Source: a bacterium
GTDB lineage: Bacteria; Electryoneota; Electryoneia; Electryoneales; Electryoneaceae
Direction: 5' to 3'
DNA length: 64,000 nucleotides
NCBI GenBank assembly: GCA_963675295.2
Contig: CAXXKJ010000002.1
Span: 480,001 to 544,000, forward strand
In this document: positions 1 through 9,035 of the stretch, piece after piece
Layout: every line of letters begins with the position of its first letter
How positions within the stretch are numbered: the stretch's first letter is position 1
Position numbers and translations under genes: made by a program
The notes under the pieces: generated by a model
What the model was told of the DNA's origin: nothing
Database searches by the model: none
What the model saw: only the letters and a program-made list of their open reading frames with translations

Positions 1-376
1 AGACATCCCAGTCGGTACCGGCGCGAACGTCGTTGGTGCAGACGATGGCGTTATCGTTCGCATCGACGGCGAAATCCCACTCGGTGACCCAGGAATTCTG
101 GGCGTTGTCGCTGACCAGCAGGCCGTTGCCGAACATGACGTTTCCGTTGGCGTCGAGGCGTTGCAGGTAAACGTCATAGTTGCCGGATCCGTTGTTGTAG
201 AACAGGATCCATGCACCGCCGTCGGACGTGCGTTCGATCAGCGGGACGGTCTGTTCGCCGGTTCCGGAGGAAAGGACGAGGTTGGTCGCTGGGTCATCCG
301 GCCATTGCGCGGATGCGGTTCCGGCGATCAGGATCAGGGCAAGCAGTGCGACGAATCCAGCGTACATCAGTCTCAT
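1..376 (-). CDS. Secreted protein, N-terminal part (runs off window start)
   Basis: Manual translation from ATG at 376: MRLMYAGFVALLALILIAGTASAQWPDDPATNL...GNYDVYLQRLDANG. Signal peptide with ASA-Q cleavage site, GAGG RBS upstream, frame open to window edge. Not in ORF track. Confidence 0.8.
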   Translation of the reverse strand, partial: MRLMYAGFVALLALILIAGTASAQWPDDPATNLVLSSGTGEQTVPLIERTSDGGAWILFYNNGSGNYDVYLQRLDANGNVMFGNGLLVSDNAQNSWVTEWDFAVDANDNAIVCTNDVRAGTDWDV

Positions 377-887
377 GGTGTACCTCACATGCGTGTGGGT
401 TCCTGAGGATACGCCCGGGGGAATTGTATGGTAGGGCGTACCCGCGAACCCTGTTACGGGGGGCTTGGAACAAAAGTCGCAACACCGGAAGCGGTGTCTC
501 GGGTAACATCGAAAGTACGAAACAATTCATGTCCGATAGACGAACTATTACGGAATTAGGTTACTGAGTGGAGAGCTAACATTTCGCGTAAGCACAATTA
601 TTGGCGGGAAAAGAGGGGGACAGGGCGGATCAGGACGGAGCCGACGAGAGCAAATCTGGTGGGGGTAGACACAAATGAGGACGGGCGCTGGGTACCCGTG
701 CAGAGAAGCCGCGATCACAGTGAAATCCGACTTGCAACACACCAAGTCGGGCCACACAGCCATGGGAAAAGAAAGAGAGGAGGGCAGATGAATCCGAGCA
801 CTGCCGCCCACCCCATGTTGGTGGTGGGTTAGCGTCCATCTCGCCCATAGAAGCGGACGGTGAGGGCAGCTTCAGAGAGAGCGTTGG

Positions 888-1748
888 CTATGGAAACTCG
901 ATCTTGTACGATATCACACTATCCATCACCTGGTAGACGGGATTAGCGGGATAGCCGGTGTACGTGTACAGCGTGTAAGTCCCAACGGGGGCGAAGCTGG
1001 GAATGTTGACTGTCAGATCGGGAATGGTGATCGAACCGTTCGCCGGCACCTGCACCGGCATCATCTGGAGCGGGCCCAACCGTAAACCGGCGGGCGAATC
1101 ATAGCACGGGACCTGGATGTAATGCCAGAGCCGGAAGTTTGTAAACTCGGTCATTGTGGTGTTTGTGATGGTGACGTCAACGGTAATCGGTCCGCCGGTG
1201 CTGAAGATCACTCCGTCGCTCGTCAATTCAGAGTCGATATAGACCCAGCCGGGGAAACTCTGGCTGACGCGGAGATCGTTGATGGCAAACTCATCGATGC
1301 CGCCGTCCGGGGACAGCACGTTATTCAGCTTGAAAAACAATTGGTCGCCGAGAATCAGGTTCTCCGGGATTGTTTCGTTGGCGACTCCCCGGTTAATGCC
1401 GTAGGGCGCGTCAACACTGAAGATCGTGTGCCACGGCCCGTTGGGATCGAACGCGACGCTGACACATGAACTACCGTCCGAACCCTTGACGAAGTAATGG
1501 AACTGAATCACAAGGAATTCCGCGCCGGAAACATTGACCGGTGTGGTGTACAGGTCGCTGTCTTCTGTTTGCAGCGTATGGATATATGGCGAATCGTAAA
1601 GCGGTCCGTCTTCTACCCACGACCAGGCGGCTCCGGTCCATCCGGCCGGCATGCCATCGGAAAACTCTTCGATATAATCCCACTGCGCAGCGGCACTGCC
1701 CGCCAGCAGCAGCAACAGAAGCGGGGTAAACAGCATCATCGTTTTCAT
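888..1748 (-). CDS. Secreted protein with C-terminal GG...PxxAPxGxY beta-rich domain, no T9SS CTD
   Basis: 286-aa ORF, signal peptide (AAA-Q), GGGG RBS, C-terminal IPSFAPVGTYTL motif shared with other proteins in the window. Confidence 0.8.
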   Translation of the reverse strand: MKTMMLFTPLLLLLLAGSAAAQWDYIEEFSDGMPAGWTGAAWSWVEDGPLYDSPYIHTLQTEDSDLYTTPVNVSGAEFLVIQFHYFVKGSDGSSCVSVAFDPNGPWHTIFSVDAPYGINRGVANETIPENLILGDQLFFKLNNVLSPDGGIDEFAINDLRVSQSFPGWVYIDSELTSDGVIFSTGGPITVDVTITNTTMTEFTNFRLWHYIQVPCYDSPAGLRLGPLQMMPVQVPANGSITIPDLTVNIPSFAPVGTYTLYTYTGYPANPVYQVMDSVISYKIEFP

Positions 1749-1811
1749 TGTATCCCCCTTGTCGGTGTTTCAGAGACTGTTTTGCAAAATACAACCCGAT
1801 CCGTCAGCCAG

Positions 1812-3620
1812 TCACTTCATCAGGACGGTTTTCTGGATGTGGTCTGGTGTTCCGGAGCAAGATGCGTGCACGAAATAGATCCCGCTGGCGAGGGATGAAC
1901 CGTCGAGAGTGAAGCTGTGCTGTCCGGCGGAATAGGAACCGTGCGCAAGTTCCGCAACCTGCTGGCCCAGTGTGTTGTGGACGGTCAGCGACAGGTCGGA
2001 CGGTTCGGGCAGGGTGATGGAGATGGTGATGGTGGCGTTGAACGGGTTCGGGTACGCAGATAGCAGGGCGAACCCAGCCGGCGTGCCTTCTGCGGCGACG
2101 TTTCCGAGTGAACCGGCCAGGGCCTGGTATCCGGAAGCGGACCAGCGCCGGTTTCCGCTCGGGGCAGCTGTCGGGGCGATGATGTCAAACGTGAATTCGT
2201 CCAGAGCAGCGACGTAACCCGGTCGCATCCCGGCGTTCAGGCGGAACGTGTAGGTTCCCAGCGGTGCGAACGACGGAATTTCCTGGAAGATGTGGTTCGC
2301 TTCGAGCGTAGCGTTAAAAAGCATGGGCATGTTATCGAGCGTCCAGATCGGGCCGTAGGTGTAGCCGGAGGGGAGCACAGCTTCGGTCCAGAAGTCGACC
2401 AACGTCATCCCGGGGCGGTTGCAGCGCACGACGGCGGCGTACTCGAAGCTGCCACCCTGTTCGACGACGAGCGGGGAACTGGCCGGGGTCAGTGACAGGA
2501 ACACCGGGGTGGGAGGTTCGGGTGTGCCGAGCAGTTCCCACCAGACCAGCAGGTGGGTATACAAGGTGGTTCCGGCGATATCCAGGTCACCATCCCCATC
2601 CATGTCGGCGGGAAACACGTCAAGTACATTTTCGTACGGCGTGCTGAAGATGACCTCGGACCACGAACCGCCGAAACCGTCCACGTTTTCCCAGCATTTG
2701 TTCACGCCGTTGACATTCGACTCGGACGAACAGACAATGTCCATGTCGTGGTCGGTGTCCATGTCGCACACCCACAGCTCATTCGGAGCCTCGATGGGTC
2801 CGATGGTATGTTCCACGGGCGGATAGCCGTGTTCGTACCAGACGATATCATAGTTGGCCTGGTCAATCAGCTTGCAGCCGACGATATCGATGTCGCCATC
2901 GCCGTTGACGTCGGCGAATTTTGCCAGTTCCAGGGAGTAGTTAAACGGTGTTTGCGTAAACGTGCGGTTTCCGTTGTTGTACCAGAGGTACGTCGGGATA
3001 ATGTATCTGCTGGATAGAATATCGAGGTCGCCGTCGCCGTCCACATCGCCGATCGCGGTACTGATCGGGGGTCCTTCATAGTCATAGAACAGGTCGTGGC
3101 GAGTAAATCCCTGAACTCCACGATTTTCCCACCAGGATATGTAGCCAATCGGGACACTGTCCTGACCGGAGGCGACGATATCGATGTCGCCATCGTTGTC
3201 CATGTCAACGCAGTTGACGTCGACCGTGAAACCGTTGTATCCGCCAACGTGGTGCTGGGTGAAATTCTGGCTGCCGTCGTTTTCCCACCAGTCGATAGCT
3301 TGGCTGGAGTACCCGCCGGTGACGATGTCCATATCGCCGTCACTGTCGAGGTCGGCGGCGGTGCAGGTTCCGTAGGAAATGAGGTCGCCGGTCAGCGAGC
3401 GTTTGGTAAACGTGTTCGTCCCATCATTTTCCCACCACCCGAACCCACTCCAACCCTCGGTGACAATCAGATCCTGATCACCGTCCTGATCGATGTCCGC
3501 CACAACCACATCGGTGCTATAAAAATCGGGCGATTGATAGATCAGTGTTTCCGCGAACTGGTACTCAGCGAAGGTGGCAAACGGCAGGCACAACAGCAGC
3601 AAGGTCACGATGTACTTCAT
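1812..3620 (-). CDS. FG-GAP repeat protein with T9SS type A sorting domain
   Basis: Signal peptide, 7 DxDxDGDxD-type repeats, IPSFAPLGTY domain, C-terminal YPNPFN...LASGIYFV...KTVLMK. Confidence 0.9.
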   Translation of the reverse strand: MKYIVTLLLLCLPFATFAEYQFAETLIYQSPDFYSTDVVVADIDQDGDQDLIVTEGWSGFGWWENDGTNTFTKRSLTGDLISYGTCTAADLDSDGDMDIVTGGYSSQAIDWWENDGSQNFTQHHVGGYNGFTVDVNCVDMDNDGDIDIVASGQDSVPIGYISWWENRGVQGFTRHDLFYDYEGPPISTAIGDVDGDGDLDILSSRYIIPTYLWYNNGNRTFTQTPFNYSLELAKFADVNGDGDIDIVGCKLIDQANYDIVWYEHGYPPVEHTIGPIEAPNELWVCDMDTDHDMDIVCSSESNVNGVNKCWENVDGFGGSWSEVIFSTPYENVLDVFPADMDGDGDLDIAGTTLYTHLLVWWELLGTPEPPTPVFLSLTPASSPLVVEQGGSFEYAAVVRCNRPGMTLVDFWTEAVLPSGYTYGPIWTLDNMPMLFNATLEANHIFQEIPSFAPLGTYTFRLNAGMRPGYVAALDEFTFDIIAPTAAPSGNRRWSASGYQALAGSLGNVAAEGTPAGFALLSAYPNPFNATITISITLPEPSDLSLTVHNTLGQQVAELAHGSYSAGQHSFTLDGSSLASGIYFVHASCSGTPDHIQKTVLMK

Positions 3621-3795
3621 CTCTCTGTCCCCCCAGGGATGGTAGATCTTTGCAGATTACGAAAAATGCCGAACTTTTTAGCGGAGATAAAGCTGTAGCG
3701 TTTAACTTTTTGCGCTGGACAAGAGAAAAGCGGCCTCGTTAAGTACAAGAGACCGTTACACTTAAAAATGTTAGCAGAGAATAACTTCGGGTGGA

Positions 3796-5250
3796 TCACT
3801 TCATCAGTACGACTTTCTGCACGGCGTTCAGTTCGCCGGTGACAGCTGCGTGCACGAAATAGATCCCGCTGGCGAGGGATGAACCGTCGAGGGTGAAGCT
3901 GTGCTGTCCGGCGGAATAGGAACCGTGCGCAAGTTCCGCGACTTGTTGGCCGAGAGTGTTGACGACGGTCAGGGTCAGCTCGGACGCTTTGGGCAGGGTG
4001 ACGGATAGGGTCGTCGCGGCGTTGAACGGGTTTGGGGAGATGGACAAATTGAGCGTGTTCGGAGATACGTCGTTGTCTTCATTCAACGCCGAGATATGGT
4101 TTGGTGATGGGTTCGGGTCGACGGGTGGCAGCGGGTCGAAGTCGAGGCGGGCGACGATGCCGAGATCGAAGGCATTCAGCCCGCACAACGCGACGGCGTT
4201 GACGTTGGGAATCGGGTCGGCGTCCCGCAGCGAGAATTCGTTGTATTGCGTCGGAATTGGGATAGTTTCGGTGTGGACGTAGACGCCGTCCAGCGTGAAC
4301 AGCGATACCTTGATTTCGGTCGGGTTGCCGTCCTCCTGCCACACGTTTACGTAGCCGTATCCCGGCAGGCAGAGCAGCTGGGTGTCGAATTCGATGGCGG
4401 GGTGGACAGCGTTCCAATCGATGTCGGCATCGGGCGTGATGTGATTCAGAGCTCCGCCCTGGAAATTGTAGAAGCCGGAGTTGCCGTCGGAGAAAAACGT
4501 GTACGGGTGCAGATTGTAGGGTAGTTGATGCGGCAGTGTGGCCACGGGGGCATTCGCGTCCGCGAACAACTTGATCTGGTTACGTAGTTTGACGGCCACC
4601 CGTGCCTCCGGATACTCCAGGTTCGTGTATTGGGTGACCAGTGCGGATGCCGGTTCGACACTCAGGAAGTTGGTGCTTGTGTAGCCGGAGGCTTCCCGCA
4701 TCCGGTACATCTTTACGCGGCAGGTCACCCAGCTGGAACCGGAGGTGACGAGGAAATAGTAGACGCCGTCATTGAACGCGAGAAAGTTGTCGCGGACATA
4801 GAGGTAATCGTCCTGCAGCGGGCGCAGGTTGGTGAGTTGGCCGCTGGAGGTCGCAAGGCAGAAGTACATGCCGGGATCTTCCCAGCCAGACAGATCGCCC
4901 TGGAAAACGATCATCGCACCGTTCGTGCCCGCCCTCAATTCGTGTGGCCGGGTGAAGCCGCCGTCCCCGTCCACGAAATCGCCAACGAACAGGTGGTGCC
5001 AGCCTCGAAGGCCGTCCGGGTGGTATTTCGCGAGTTCGATCCACGCGCCGTCGTCCAGACCGTTGTAGGCGTAGCCATAGCCGCAGACGTAAATCGTGCC
5101 GTCAGTGGCGACGGAGATGTTGGTTGCGGAAAGGCCGGTGTTCCACCATGGCCAGTCGTACTCGTCGGACCAGGTGAGGTGGACGAGTTGGGCGGAGGTC
5201 GAGGTTGAAAGGAACAACGTCGTGATGAACAGAAGGAACAGGCGTTTCAT
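3796..5250 (-). CDS. Secreted protein with T9SS type A sorting domain
   Basis: Signal peptide, propeller-like N-terminal region, C-terminal SPNPFN...LASGIYFV...KVVLMK. Confidence 0.85.
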   Translation of the reverse strand: MKRLFLLFITTLFLSTSTSAQLVHLTWSDEYDWPWWNTGLSATNISVATDGTIYVCGYGYAYNGLDDGAWIELAKYHPDGLRGWHHLFVGDFVDGDGGFTRPHELRAGTNGAMIVFQGDLSGWEDPGMYFCLATSSGQLTNLRPLQDDYLYVRDNFLAFNDGVYYFLVTSGSSWVTCRVKMYRMREASGYTSTNFLSVEPASALVTQYTNLEYPEARVAVKLRNQIKLFADANAPVATLPHQLPYNLHPYTFFSDGNSGFYNFQGGALNHITPDADIDWNAVHPAIEFDTQLLCLPGYGYVNVWQEDGNPTEIKVSLFTLDGVYVHTETIPIPTQYNEFSLRDADPIPNVNAVALCGLNAFDLGIVARLDFDPLPPVDPNPSPNHISALNEDNDVSPNTLNLSISPNPFNAATTLSVTLPKASELTLTVVNTLGQQVAELAHGSYSAGQHSFTLDGSSLASGIYFVHAAVTGELNAVQKVVLMK

Positions 5251-5384
5251 CGTAAACCTCGGGATGATTGGTGAACCGGAACGGCTATTTTGGGGGGGAA
5301 GCCGTGACCCAGCATAGGGATAACGTAGAACCGGGAAAGGTGAAACGCAAGAAATGGTGAAAAAGTGGTAAAGAATGATCGGGT

Positions 5385-5591
5385 GGATGAGCCGCGATAA
5401 CCGTCACCAACAGACGTGACGGCTTATCACGGGCACCAGGATGATCCAGTTGAGGATGATCCGCGGTAGCAAAGCTCCCGCGGGCATCAGGCACAACGTG
5501 ATCCGGAGGACGGTGATTCGAGGATGACGATTCGGTGGTCGTGGGTGATTCGGAGGACGATGATCCCGGCTGGCGGAGCCATCCGGGGCAC
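5385..5591. repeat. Cluster of three GATNA(Y/G)CC-hairpin-GGGCA palindromic elements
   Basis: Copies at 5385-5436, 5454-5487 and 5559-5591, each with a different internal stem-loop, plus degenerate GATTCGGAGGACG units between them. Confidence 0.7.
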
Positions 5592-5612
5592 GTGGGTGTG
5601 TATATTGGGCGC

Positions 5613-6986
5613 ATGGCACTGAACCCGATCCTCGAACGGCATAAACACGAACTCGACAAGTGCGTCACCTGCGCGATCTGCCAGAGTGTCTGCCCCACGT
5701 TTCAGCTTTCCGGCCTCGAGAAACTGAGTCCGCGTGGACGGATTGTCCTGCTGCGACGGATGGTCAACGGCGATGTCGACCCGGCGACAGTCGCGGACGA
5801 CACGTTCAATTTCTGCACCCTGTGTTATGCATGCCAGACGGCGTGCCCGGCCGGGGTGAAGACCGACCTGCTGTTTATCGGCGCACGTCAGGAGATTGCG
5901 GCCGCGAAAGGGTTGCCCAAGGCGAAGCAGAAGGTGTTTGCGGCACTGGAATCGCCTGACCGTGTCGAAAAGGCGGTGCGGTTGGGCTCATTGGCGCAGA
6001 AGACGCTCGGCGAGGGCACGGTCAACAAGCTCGCTGGCGGGATGGTGGTGCCGAAGTTGCGTGGGAAGCCGTGGCTCAAGGAATTGCCGGAGGTGATCGA
6101 ACCGGAAGGCGGAAAGGTGCGTGCGACGGTCGCGTTTTTTGCCGGCTGCATGAGCAATTATGTTGATGCGCGGGCGGCGTACGCGAGCCTCGAAGTGTTG
6201 CGGCGGTTGGGTGCACGGATCATCATCCCGAAGGCGCAGGTGTGTTGCGGCGCGCCGGCGTTCAACAACGGCGATTTCACCACCGCGGCGCAACTGGCGG
6301 CGACGAACCTGGCGTTGTTCGAGGATCCGGAGATTACGGCGGTGATTTCGCCGGACGCGACCTGCGGCGGCGCATTCAAGCATGAGATTCCCGAACTGTT
6401 GTGGGACGATGACGAGCTCGCGGTCAGCGCGCAGCTTGTCGCCGCGAAGACGATGGACTGGGCGGGATTTGTGTTGAAGCATCTCGACCCGCGTTTCGAG
6501 CCGACGAAAGAACCGGCGGTGAAGGTGACGGTTCACGACTCGTGCCACCTGACGCACACGCAGCCGCATGCGCCGGCGGGCCTACCGGAAGCGGACGGAT
6601 CATCCCGACTTGCGAGCAAGTCGGGGCAAACAGAAGCTGTATCGCATGCGGGTGATAGCGCGCCTGCGCCCGCGAAACCGCACCTCTCGGTGCACAAATT
6701 GCTGGCGAAGCTGCCGGGGGTAGATCTGGTGCCGTTGCCGGAATCGACGGTCTGCTGCGGGTTCGGCGGCTCGTTCTCGGCGATGTACCCGGATGACGCC
6801 GCGCGTTGGGGCGGCCGCAAGCTGGACACCATCGGCAACACCGGCGCGGAGATCGGGATTGTCTCCAGCCCGGGCTGCCTGAACCACCTCGAAACGGTGC
6901 GGTCGGACCGTCATGAAAACGCCTACCGCCTGCTGCACCCTGCTGAATTGATCTGCGAACGGTACGGCTGGACGCCCGGCTGGTAA
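5613..6986 (+). CDS. (Fe-S)-binding protein, GlcF/heterodisulfide-reductase-related (two 4Fe-4S motifs plus two CCG domains)
   Basis: CVTCAICQSVCP and CTLCYACQTACP ferredoxin motifs; FFAGC, CCGAP, HDSCHL, CCGFGG motifs. Start placed at ATG 5613 because the upstream ORF extension lies in repeats. Confidence 0.9.
   Translation: MALNPILERHKHELDKCVTCAICQSVCPTFQLSGLEKLSPRGRIVLLRRMVNGDVDPATVADDTFNFCTLCYACQTACPAGVKTDLLFIGARQEIAAAKGLPKAKQKVFAALESPDRVEKAVRLGSLAQKTLGEGTVNKLAGGMVVPKLRGKPWLKELPEVIEPEGGKVRATVAFFAGCMSNYVDARAAYASLEVLRRLGARIIIPKAQVCCGAPAFNNGDFTTAAQLAATNLALFEDPEITAVISPDATCGGAFKHEIPELLWDDDELAVSAQLVAAKTMDWAGFVLKHLDPRFEPTKEPAVKVTVHDSCHLTHTQPHAPAGLPEADGSSRLASKSGQTEAVSHAGDSAPAPAKPHLSVHKLLAKLPGVDLVPLPESTVCCGFGGSFSAMYPDDAARWGGRKLDTIGNTGAEIGIVSSPGCLNHLETVRSDRHENAYRLLHPAELICERYGWTPGW
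6597..6628. repeat. Palindromic element inside the GlcF-like coding sequence
   Basis: GGATCAT-CCCGACTTGC-GA-GCAAGTCGGG-GCA: perfect 10-bp stem with the same flanks as the intergenic copies. Confidence 0.75.
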
Positions 6987-7136
6987 CCGCTCGCAGAGTC
7001 CCATGTTGGCGTACGTTTTGCAAAACCTGTGGGTTACGGGTGGTCTCTGCCGCGACCGATTGCCGGAAACCCGTGTGGGTGCTGGCGAAGGTTCGGCAGT
7101 GTGGGTCAATCAGTGTGCGCAAGAACGGGGGATGCT

Positions 7137-8420
7137 ATGGCACGGTTTGCACGAATTGGTACAAGCGTCATCGCACTTTGCCTGGTGCTGGTGGCAACGG
7201 CCTCGGCTCAGCCGCAGTGGGTCAACATTGGACTGGAGGGAGAGACGGTTCACGATCTCTGCCTCGATCCGTTCGAACAGACGACAATTTTCGCGGCGTG
7301 CGCGAGCGGATTGTACCGGTACGACGAGTTTGTGATGTCGTGGGAGCCGTTGTCTGCGACCCCGGTGATGGTGATCGCGGCCAGTCCGGCGGAACAGGAC
7401 CTGCTGTACGCGGCGGGCGAAAACTGGGTCGCGCGCAGCGAGGACGGTGGGGATTCATGGACGACGCTGTGGACGCAGGCTGGGTTGCGGGTGCTGAAAT
7501 TGACGCCGCATCCAGCGAGTCCGGACACGGTGTACCTGCGGCGGGTCGGCGGGGTCTGGCGTTCCGGGGATCGAGGTGACACCTGGACTCAGGTGTGGCT
7601 GGACGAAACCGAGAACAACACGCCCGCGCTGGAAACCATCAGCGTTCGTCCTTCCTCGATTTACACAATGACCGCGGATTCGGTGTACGCCTCAGATGAC
7701 AACGGGGATACGTGGTACGCTTTGGAAGATCTGGACGGTTGGGGATTCGAGTATCCGTTGCGTGATCTAACCGGATCGGAATGGGAGTTGGCTGTTGCCA
7801 GCTCAGGCTACCCGACGCGATGGAGCAGTCTGCACGATGTTTGGCAGTGGCGGGAATTCTACTGGATCTGGCCGACACCGGACGATTGGGAAGGAACGGT
7901 GAAATTCATCGTGCCGTTCCGTGGTGAAGGGTTGCTGGTGACGACAGAGGAAATGGTTCAACTATCGGACCTGTCGATACCTGGCCCGCTGGACGAAGCG
8001 ACGCCGTTCTACGATCCGAGCATCCTCACCTGCGGAATACCTGGTTGGAATGGAGCTGTCGACTGTCTGTTGGGGACGGTTGGCGACGGCGTATGGTACT
8101 GTGAAGCTGCTGTCTACATTGGCGTAGAAGAAACGGCCAGCGAGACGGTTCCCGAAACGTTCGGCCTGCACTCGGTGTACCCGAACCCGTTCAACGCGTC
8201 CACGCGGATCACGCTTGCGGTGGGCGGTGTCCGGGATGTGACGGTGACGGTGTATGATGTGCTCGGGCAGCAGGTGGCGACGCTGCACCGGGGGACGCTG
8301 ACGGCAGGCCGGCACTCATTCGTGTGGGACGCCGGCGTGGCCGCGAGTGGCGTGTATTTCGTCCGGGCCGAGGCGAGGTCTGGACAAACGGCGATGGCCA
8401 AGGTGATGTTGTTGCGTTGA
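7137..8420 (+). CDS. BNR/Asp-box beta-propeller protein with T9SS type A sorting domain
   Basis: Signal peptide from ATG 7137; SEDGGDSW, SGDRGDTW, SDDNGDTW Asp-boxes; YPNPFN...ASGVYFV...KVMLLR. Confidence 0.88.
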   Translation: MARFARIGTSVIALCLVLVATASAQPQWVNIGLEGETVHDLCLDPFEQTTIFAACASGLYRYDEFVMSWEPLSATPVMVIAASPAEQDLLYAAGENWVARSEDGGDSWTTLWTQAGLRVLKLTPHPASPDTVYLRRVGGVWRSGDRGDTWTQVWLDETENNTPALETISVRPSSIYTMTADSVYASDDNGDTWYALEDLDGWGFEYPLRDLTGSEWELAVASSGYPTRWSSLHDVWQWREFYWIWPTPDDWEGTVKFIVPFRGEGLLVTTEEMVQLSDLSIPGPLDEATPFYDPSILTCGIPGWNGAVDCLLGTVGDGVWYCEAAVYIGVEETASETVPETFGLHSVYPNPFNASTRITLAVGGVRDVTVTVYDVLGQQVATLHRGTLTAGRHSFVWDAGVAASGVYFVRAEARSGQTAMAKVMLLR

Positions 8421-9035
8421 TGTGAGATAGTCAACGAGCCGGGCGTGAGCTCAGATGGAGTTCACGTCCGGCCTGTGGATAAGAAGTATGAGCATCAGGT
8501 TGGCGGCCTGAGTACCTGATATTCCCTCCGCATTTCTCCTCGTTTCTCGTGTTTCAGTCTGAGCTCAGAGCGATATTCTGGTGTCAGAATCTGCTCGAAT
8601 TTTGAGTTAGCGTGCGCTACTTTTTCGTGATCGAGCGTGTGCGAGCGCAAAATTTCCGCTCCGAAGAGAGCCACCGAAAATTCCAACCGCAGGAATTGAT
8701 ATGGATCTAAGTGTAGACTAGTCATAAGGTTAACTCTAAGAAGTTCTGGAGCTGATATAAGTGCTGATCGATAATTACATCTATTACACTATCTTGCGCT
8801 GTTCGCATTCAGCAGACTACCTTCTTACTCACAAAGAGAAAGAATTCACGAGTGTGTGGCGGGATGGAGGTTGTCTCCGGGTCATGCGCTACGTCACAAC
8901 GGCGGTTTGAACGACAACCTAGGTTTGCATTCAACAGAGATGCCTGCTCAGGACGAGGGGGCGATTGAGTGTCCCGACCCGGCAAGCTGAGGGAATACCT
9001 GGCGCCGGAACACCGGGCGAGTTAGCGGAGGTAGT

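Noticed and set aside
476-513. Similarity to 19770-19815 (CACCGG...GGTGTCTCGGG) as a possible ncRNA motif
   Set aside because: Only about 11 bp exact plus a short hairpin in two copies; too little to support
8495-8725. 76-aa minus-strand ORF in a low-GC patch
   Set aside because: No RBS or recognisable motif; may be a remnant of foreign DNA but cannot be called
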